From an uncultured virus (IMG/VR IMGVR_UViG_3300025648_000526) (lineage: Duplodnaviria > Heunggongvirae > Uroviricota > Caudoviricetes), in the IMG/VR virus record IMGVR_UViG_3300025648_000526, positions 1 through 64,000 of that record: a DNA stretch of 64,000 bases; one strand, 5' to 3'. Below, in pieces: positions 58,783 through 64,000 of the stretch (position 1 is the first letter of the stretch; each line of letters opens with the position of its first letter). The notes below the pieces were generated by a model. It had not been told where the DNA came from and searched no databases. It saw only the letters and a list, made by a program, of their open reading frames with translations. Made by a program: the position numbers and the translations under genes.

Positions 58783-59406
58783 ATGCCAACATGGGGAAAT
58801 ACCGATACTGGTAATCAAAAACCAAAGTTTGACTATTTACGTCAAACAAGAGAAGTTTTACAATTTATAGTTTCATCTGGTAATACAGCAGGAAATAACG
58901 TAATTAGAGTTAGTTACAACGATGGCGCACAAAACAATGTAGCCAATGCTGGTGTAACTTCAGGTCAATATGTTTATTTCATGGCAAACGGATTTGCACT
59001 ACCTGGCGGCACAGCAGGTAATGGTTATCCAGGTTTCTTTGCATCAAATACAACAGTAGCATCAGTTAGTGGTAACACAATTACATTAACACAAAACTTA
59101 TTCAATACAGTAAACGTAGGTTTTGGTGTTGAATTTGACAATGCTATCAATTATGGAACAACAGCAGGTGCAAATACTTATTTCCTAGATACTATTTTAG
59201 TTACAGCATCTCGCACAGCAAATGGTAATAACGCAATTGCAAACGTAGGTAATATGACTGCTGGTTGGGTTCATATTCAAAAGAAAGTGAACAGCGACGG
59301 TACAGTTCGTTACTTAAAAGAAACATTAGTTGCTTTAGCGAATGCTACTGCTTCAAATACAAGTTCAGGTAACACAAGCTTTGGTTCTATTGTAACTGGT
59401 TTATAA
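58783..59406 (+). CDS. Hypothetical virion structural protein
   Basis: MPTWGNTD, AGWV and R...ETLVA motifs; GATAAATA late-like promoter at 58737; AGGAG RBS. Confidence 0.6.
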   Translation: MPTWGNTDTGNQKPKFDYLRQTREVLQFIVSSGNTAGNNVIRVSYNDGAQNNVANAGVTSGQYVYFMANGFALPGGTAGNGYPGFFASNTTVASVSGNTITLTQNLFNTVNVGFGVEFDNAINYGTTAGANTYFLDTILVTASRTANGNNAIANVGNMTAGWVHIQKKVNSDGTVRYLKETLVALANATASNTSSGNTSFGSIVTGL

Positions 59407-59888
59407 TGATTAAGTTTCATGATTTCGTTGTTGAGGAATTAAATTTTCCTGTAATAACTCTTGATAAAGAGAAAGTAGACCTTGATAAGGAATCTACTCG
59501 CAACGAAATCAATAGAAACCTATCATCTGAATTAGTTACTAATTTTATTAATCCTTATGCTGGCTGGTTAAAAGTTGGAAAAGTATTAACACTCTATAAC
59601 ATTACATTACCTAAGGTAATATTTAAAAATGATATAGAAGGCGAAGAAGTTGTTGCTATAACACAATTTGGTGCAGACCTTTCGGGTAAGGAATCTGCAC
59701 CACAATTGCCTTATGAAGAAGAATATTATTTGTATTATAGTTATGAAGTTGTTGAATCTGGTTTATATGAAGCTTATGCTGTTATTGTAAACGGTGATGA
59801 ATTAGAAAATATGCTTGAAGCTGATGACGAAGATGATGATGACATTGACGTTTTAGGACCTAAAAGCGAATTAGATTATAGAAAATAG
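59406..59888 (+). CDS. Acidic hypothetical protein with capsid-targeting-like N-terminus
   Basis: MIKFHDFVVEE; coupled to the upstream gene by taatg. Confidence 0.55.
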   Translation: MIKFHDFVVEELNFPVITLDKEKVDLDKESTRNEINRNLSSELVTNFINPYAGWLKVGKVLTLYNITLPKVIFKNDIEGEEVVAITQFGADLSGKESAPQLPYEEEYYLYYSYEVVESGLYEAYAVIVNGDELENMLEADDEDDDDIDVLGPKSELDYRK

Positions 59889-59900
59889 TTAAATTATATT

Positions 59901-60287
59901 ATGATTGATAATTTGACAGAAGAAAACTTTTTGATATATGCTATGAAGTGCTATAATGCACCTAATTACATTATGTCAGAATTTGAAGGAGATATTAAGA
60001 GAACAAAATATCTTAAACGATTATTTCGTAGATATAAAACCAATAAATCTCTTAAAGAACGATTAATTCTAAATCATATTATTTTGTTGAATAATGTTTT
60101 TGGTCCAAAAGTGACCGCAAGAATATTATTCTACAAGATAGATGAACGAGATTATGATATATTGAAAACATTTTTATTGTATGTAAATATATTACCAGAC
60201 TTAATAGAAGGTATTAATGGCAAATCAATTAATACATCTGAAATACCTGTAGACATGACTGTTGCTGAAAAATTAAGGAATCTATGA
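59901..60287 (+). CDS. Conserved T4-like hypothetical protein
   Basis: LTEENFLIYAMKCY..P, KYLKRLF and ERLILNHII.L.NVFG motifs. Confidence 0.7.
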   Translation: MIDNLTEENFLIYAMKCYNAPNYIMSEFEGDIKRTKYLKRLFRRYKTNKSLKERLILNHIILLNNVFGPKVTARILFYKIDERDYDILKTFLLYVNILPDLIEGINGKSINTSEIPVDMTVAEKLRNL

Positions 60288-60475
60288 AATCATTTAAAGA
60301 ATATATCAAAGAAATGGGTGCAGGTGCTGTAGGTAGTGCTGGTCCAACTAATGTAGTTGGCGGTGGTGCAATTGCAGGTACAGGCGGTAAAGGCGGAGAA
60401 CCTGGCGTTGATTTAAGAAAAAGGAAAAGAAATACACATAATCCAGTTATGATGGGTATTGGTAGAAGGAAATAA
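60284..60475 (+). CDS. Small Gly-rich basic protein with capsid-targeting-like N-terminus
   Basis: MKSFKEYIKE, then PTNVVGGGAIAG and a basic tail. Confidence 0.65.
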   Translation: MKSFKEYIKEMGAGAVGSAGPTNVVGGGAIAGTGGKGGEPGVDLRKRKRNTHNPVMMGIGRRK

Positions 60476-60477
60476 TT

Positions 60478-61059
60478 ATGTTCTTTCCTGAGTTTCTATC
60501 ATATAATTGGATATTAGGTTACATACCTACTTGGGTTCCTATAGCAATTATTTGTTTTGGTGTCTTTCTAGCTATTCTAGAAATGACTTTTGAAATGTTG
60601 CAACTTATTCCTTACGGTTATAGGTTGCCTTTAAGAATAATCACTATTGTGATTCTTGCTCACGGTATCTATATAAAAGGACGCCAAGATGCAATTGTTC
60701 ATGCTGAAGAAGAATTGAAGAAAACTGTAGCTGAACAAAAAGATGTAACTAATAAGGTACAACAAGATTTTACTAGACAACTTAATGATGTGAGAGCTAA
60801 AAATGAAGCACTTAAAAAAACTATTAATACCAAAGACGATACTATGTGTGATTTGCCTAAGTCTTTTGTCGAGTTGCACGACAGCGCTGCTAAAGGCACC
60901 GTTCCCGACACCTCCAAAAGAATTGATGGTACCTCCTCCGGAGTTGCACTCTCTACAGCAGAACAAACAGTAGTAGAAAATTATAGTTTATATAATCAAA
61001 TAGCAGAACAATTAAAAGCTTTACAATATTGGGTAGATGAACAAAGGAAATTACACTAA
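60478..61059 (+). CDS. Inner-membrane spanin (Rz-like)
   Basis: N-terminal TM segments and coiled coil; C.LPKSFVELHDSAA; next to the endolysin; contains an embedded lipoprotein gene. Confidence 0.75.
   Translation: MFFPEFLSYNWILGYIPTWVPIAIICFGVFLAILEMTFEMLQLIPYGYRLPLRIITIVILAHGIYIKGRQDAIVHAEEELKKTVAEQKDVTNKVQQDFTRQLNDVRAKNEALKKTINTKDDTMCDLPKSFVELHDSAAKGTVPDTSKRIDGTSSGVALSTAEQTVVENYSLYNQIAEQLKALQYWVDEQRKLH
60803..60973 (+). CDS. Embedded outer-membrane spanin lipoprotein (Rz1-like, 56 aa)
   Basis: +1 frame inside Rz: MKHLKKLLIPKTILCVICLSLLSSC-TTALLKAPFPTPPKELMVPPPELHSLQQNKQ; lipobox LSSC; Pro-rich mature part. Confidence 0.8.
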   Translation: MKHLKKLLIPKTILCVICLSLLSSCTTALLKAPFPTPPKELMVPPPELHSLQQNKQ

Positions 61060-61667
61060 TGACACTTGAGCAATTAAAAAAAATACTAGTGGGAAATACT
61101 TCAGTTGATGGATGGTTTGAATCACTCAACAAATTTTTACCACAATACGGAATTAATACAAATAAAAGAATTGCAGCCTTTATTGGTGAATGTTCAGTTG
61201 AATCTGCTAATTTTACAAGAATTAAAGAGAATTTAAATTACAAAGCAGAATCATTAGTTAAAGTGTGGCCTTCACATTTTGCTACATTAGATATTGCTAA
61301 ACAATACGAACACAATCAAGAAAAGATTGCTAATCGTGCTTACGCTGGTCGTATGGGTAATGGTGACGAATCTAGTGGTGATGGTTGGAAATTTGCAGGT
61401 AAAGGTTTAATTCAAATTACAGGCAAAGTTAATTATGAAAAATTTGCTGAATCAATAGGTAAAGATATTGAAGAATTACCAGAATACTTATTGACATTTG
61501 ATGGTGCTACAGAATCGGCTTGCTGGTTTTGGAAGACACACAATTTAAATGCTTTAGCTGATACCGGTGACATTGATAAAATATCAAAAGTTATCAATGG
61601 TGGTACTTTAGGATTAGAAGAAAGACGAACAAACTATCAACATGCTTTGAATATATTAGGAGGTTAA
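61059..61667 (+). CDS. Glycoside hydrolase family 19 endolysin
   Basis: RIAAFIG...ES, ENLNY, IANRAY..RMGN, G.GLIQITGK.NY, SACWFW and INGG motifs. Confidence 0.9.
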   Translation: MTLEQLKKILVGNTSVDGWFESLNKFLPQYGINTNKRIAAFIGECSVESANFTRIKENLNYKAESLVKVWPSHFATLDIAKQYEHNQEKIANRAYAGRMGNGDESSGDGWKFAGKGLIQITGKVNYEKFAESIGKDIEELPEYLLTFDGATESACWFWKTHNLNALADTGDIDKISKVINGGTLGLEERRTNYQHALNILGG

Positions 61668-61668
61668 T

Positions 61669-61947
61669 ATGGCAATGCCAGATTTTATTACACATTTGGT
61701 TACAGGTAAAGACAATAAGACACACGATATTGCTCGTTGGTCTTGGTTATTAACAACATTGGTTGTTATTGTTGGTGCAGGTTATAACGCTTACACATCA
61801 AATCTATTTGGTCTAAAAGATTTTGCACAAGCAATCGGTATGTTAGCTGGTGCTCATGGTGCAGCTGTATGGGCGAAAAAAGATACTGAACCAGAAGCAC
61901 CAGAACCTGATGCAGTACCAGATGCAGAACCTGATCCAGAAAAATAA
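61669..61947 (+). CDS. Putative holin (two TM segments)
   Basis: Two hydrophobic helices and a charged Pro/Glu tail; in the lysis cassette. Confidence 0.5.
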   Translation: MAMPDFITHLVTGKDNKTHDIARWSWLLTTLVVIVGAGYNAYTSNLFGLKDFAQAIGMLAGAHGAAVWAKKDTEPEAPEPDAVPDAEPDPEK

Positions 61948-62366
61948 TGGATAACAACGATTTACTTGGTACTAAAATAGATGTAGGTGTGCTGAAAGAA
62001 CAAGTAAGCACACTTACTCAACTTTGTTCCAAGATGGATACCGTGATTTCGAGATTAAACGAACAACACGACAGACATATCGCAAAGGTTTATACCGACA
62101 TGGAACATAGAAGATTAGAAACAGAAGCCGATGTAAAAGAAATTCATGATAGAATTGATACTGTTCTTGATAAGGTACAAAATACAGAATTAAGAATCAT
62201 GGAAGAAATTAAAGGGCTTCGTAAATGTATTCAAGACCATCAATCTAAAGAAAAAGAACAATTAGACAAACTTCTACAATGGAAATGGATGATTGTTGGT
62301 GGTATCATTGTAGTATCATGGTTATTATCTCACGGATTAGAAATTCTATCACAAATTTCAAAATAA
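61947..62366 (+). CDS. Coiled-coil protein with C-terminal TM
   Basis: Heptad pattern; LLQWKWMIVGGIIVVSWLL. Confidence 0.6.
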   Translation: MDNNDLLGTKIDVGVLKEQVSTLTQLCSKMDTVISRLNEQHDRHIAKVYTDMEHRRLETEADVKEIHDRIDTVLDKVQNTELRIMEEIKGLRKCIQDHQSKEKEQLDKLLQWKWMIVGGIIVVSWLLSHGLEILSQISK

Positions 62367-62367
62367 C

Positions 62368-62396
62368 TTGACATCCAAGTAGTTTTATAGTATTAT
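62368..62396 (+). promoter_or_regulatory. Sigma70 promoter upstream of the primase
   Basis: TTGACA-17 nt-TATTAT. Confidence 0.7.
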
Positions 62397-62405
62397 CCTT
62401 ACATT

Positions 62406-63419
62406 ATGAGTATTTTTATTGACAGACAATTCCTGCTTCGTGCATCGCCAAAATTAATAAGGTTTACCAAAAAGAAGGACGACCTTTATAATTTCAGATG
62501 TCCTCTATGTGGCGATTCTACAAAAAACAAAACTAAATCTCGTGGCTATGTGTTTAGAAAGAAGAATGATTATTTCTATATGTGCCATAATTGTGGTGTT
62601 AGTACCACATTCTACAATTTTCTAAAGCAAGTTGATCCATCTCTTGTTGCTGAATACACAATGGAAAGATATAAAAATGGAGAAACAGGCAACAACAATT
62701 ATCCAAAACCACAATTTGAAGAATTCAAAACGGCAACACCAACATTTAAAAAATCAATCAATTTACCATCCATCGATTCATTACCAGATGAACATTTTGC
62801 CAAAAAATATGTTATTGGCAGACAAATACCAAAACACTTTCACACACAACTATATTATGCGGAAGACTTTAAATCATTTGTAAAAGATTTGGGTTTAGAA
62901 AAAGATTTAATTGATAATGATAAACGATTGGTCATTCCATTTTATGATAAAGATAAAAATCTAATTGCTTTCCAAGGAAGAGCATTAGGTGAATCTAAAT
63001 TAAGATATATTACTTGTAAACTTCAAGATAATAATAAAAAGGTGTATGGTCTTGATAGAGTAATTAATGATTTACTACCAATCTATGTTGTAGAAGGTCC
63101 AATTGATTCATTGTTTATAGACAACTGTGTAGCAACTGCGGATTCTAATCTGGAATCAATTTTGGACACATTTGACAAGAGTAAAGTCGTATTGATATAT
63201 GATAATGAACCAAGAAATAAAGAAATTGTAAAGAAGATGGAGAAATCAATTGACGAGCATTTCAATGTCGTTATTTGGCCAAAATATATAACAGAAAAAG
63301 ATGTTAATGATATTATCAAATCTGGATTTACACAAGATGAATTGCTAGATATTATTAAAGACAATACTTTCCAAAACCTACGAGCAAAAATGGAGTTTGT
63401 AAATTGGAAAAAGAACTAG
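62406..63419 (+). CDS. gp61: DNA primase gp61
   Basis: NFRCPLCGDS...CHNCG zinc finger; FQGR, VEGPIDSLF, DNEPRN and KDVND motifs. Confidence 0.96.
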   Translation: MSIFIDRQFLLRASPKLIRFTKKKDDLYNFRCPLCGDSTKNKTKSRGYVFRKKNDYFYMCHNCGVSTTFYNFLKQVDPSLVAEYTMERYKNGETGNNNYPKPQFEEFKTATPTFKKSINLPSIDSLPDEHFAKKYVIGRQIPKHFHTQLYYAEDFKSFVKDLGLEKDLIDNDKRLVIPFYDKDKNLIAFQGRALGESKLRYITCKLQDNNKKVYGLDRVINDLLPIYVVEGPIDSLFIDNCVATADSNLESILDTFDKSKVVLIYDNEPRNKEIVKKMEKSIDEHFNVVIWPKYITEKDVNDIIKSGFTQDELLDIIKDNTFQNLRAKMEFVNWKKN

Positions 63420-63889
63420 CTAATTGGATAAAAAGAATCTCCGAGAAAAGAGATGAACTTGGTGGATTTCAAATATGTCCATTTGCTAAAAAAGCATTTC
63501 AAGATAAAAAAGTTTTTGTAACCGAGTTTAATGAAGAACCGGAATCATATATACTCTCATACATAAAAACTTTTAATTCTATTTATGATTTTGAGCTAAT
63601 TATTTTTGTTAATACGATTAATAAATTCACGAATGATGAGCTATTAGATTTAATAAGTAAGCTACAGGCAAAAAGAGATGACTTAATCTTTTTAAAAGAC
63701 CATCCAGCAGATCCTGGTTTTATTAATGGAGTAAACACAGGTAATGGTCATTATCCAATAATACTTGCCCAATCAAGAGATAAATTATTAAGTGCTCGTG
63801 AGAGTTTAAAGAAAACAAAATATTACGATTACTGGTCAGAAGAATACAAAAACGAAATTTGGAAATACGGAGAAAAGGCGAATACATGA
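63404..63889 (+). CDS. Hypothetical protein
   Basis: ICPFAKKA, DHP and L..AR..L....YY..W pattern. Confidence 0.55.
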   Translation: MEKELANWIKRISEKRDELGGFQICPFAKKAFQDKKVFVTEFNEEPESYILSYIKTFNSIYDFELIIFVNTINKFTNDELLDLISKLQAKRDDLIFLKDHPADPGFINGVNTGNGHYPIILAQSRDKLLSARESLKKTKYYDYWSEEYKNEIWKYGEKANT

Positions 63890-64000
63890 ACTATCTAGGA
63901 ATTGAAATTGATTTACAACGAGATAAATTATTTGATGAGTTGGGAATAAAAAGATTAAAAGAATCATACATGAGAGAAGATGAAGAATCTCCACAACACA
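63886..64000 (+). CDS. nrdA: Ribonucleotide reductase alpha subunit, N-terminus (3' truncated by window)
   Basis: MNYLGIEIDLQRDKLFDELGIKRLKESYMREDEESPQ resembles N-termini of short phage class I NrdA; follows the primase. Confidence 0.7.
   Translation, partial: MNYLGIEIDLQRDKLFDELGIKRLKESYMREDEESPQH

Noticed and set aside
60631..60966. Minus-strand ORFs over the spanin gene as explanation for the local GC rise
   Set aside because: The +1-frame lipoprotein at 60803-60973 explains it better; the antisense ORFs lack recognisable features.
388..63364. Numerous 60-120 aa ORFs antisense to or nested in core genes
   Set aside because: They are shadow ORFs of strongly biased coding strands with no recognisable motifs.
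1..64000. Stop-codon reassignment or alternative genetic code
   Set aside because: Core genes translate full length in the standard code, and the tRNA at 24923 has an ordinary CCA (Trp) anticodon.
1..64000. CRISPR array, integrase or transposase
   Set aside because: No regularly spaced repeat-spacer array or recognisable recombinase/transposase motifs were seen by eye.

Overview
A 64 kb, AT-rich segment of a T4-like myophage genome. It runs from the tail sheath and head genes (gp18-gp23) through recombination, late-transcription and replication genes (uvsY/W/X, gp55, gp47/46, gp45/44/62, regA, gp43, gp41, gp61) to a lysis cassette and the start of nrdA. A stand-alone pqqA gene missed by the ORF track suggests a PQQ-dependent methylotroph host, probably Methylophilaceae. 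The most unusual elements are: (1) a promoter-driven, non-canonical tRNA-Gly(UCC)-like gene in a genome with two Mom/DUF4338-like GNAT proteins, a candidate tRNA-dependent DNA modification system; (2) a reverse-strand, late-promoter operon encoding a lipase, CsgF, CsgG, a curlin-repeat protein, a FecR protein, a lipoprotein and a CHASE2 adenylate cyclase; (3) late proteins with T4-type capsid-targeting N-termini, including a ligase-like and a nucleotidyltransferase-kinase enzyme; (4) an o-spanin gene embedded in the i-spanin, a ROSE-like RNA thermometer and several overlapping or antisense promoters. All family calls come from motif recognition and gene order, not database searches.
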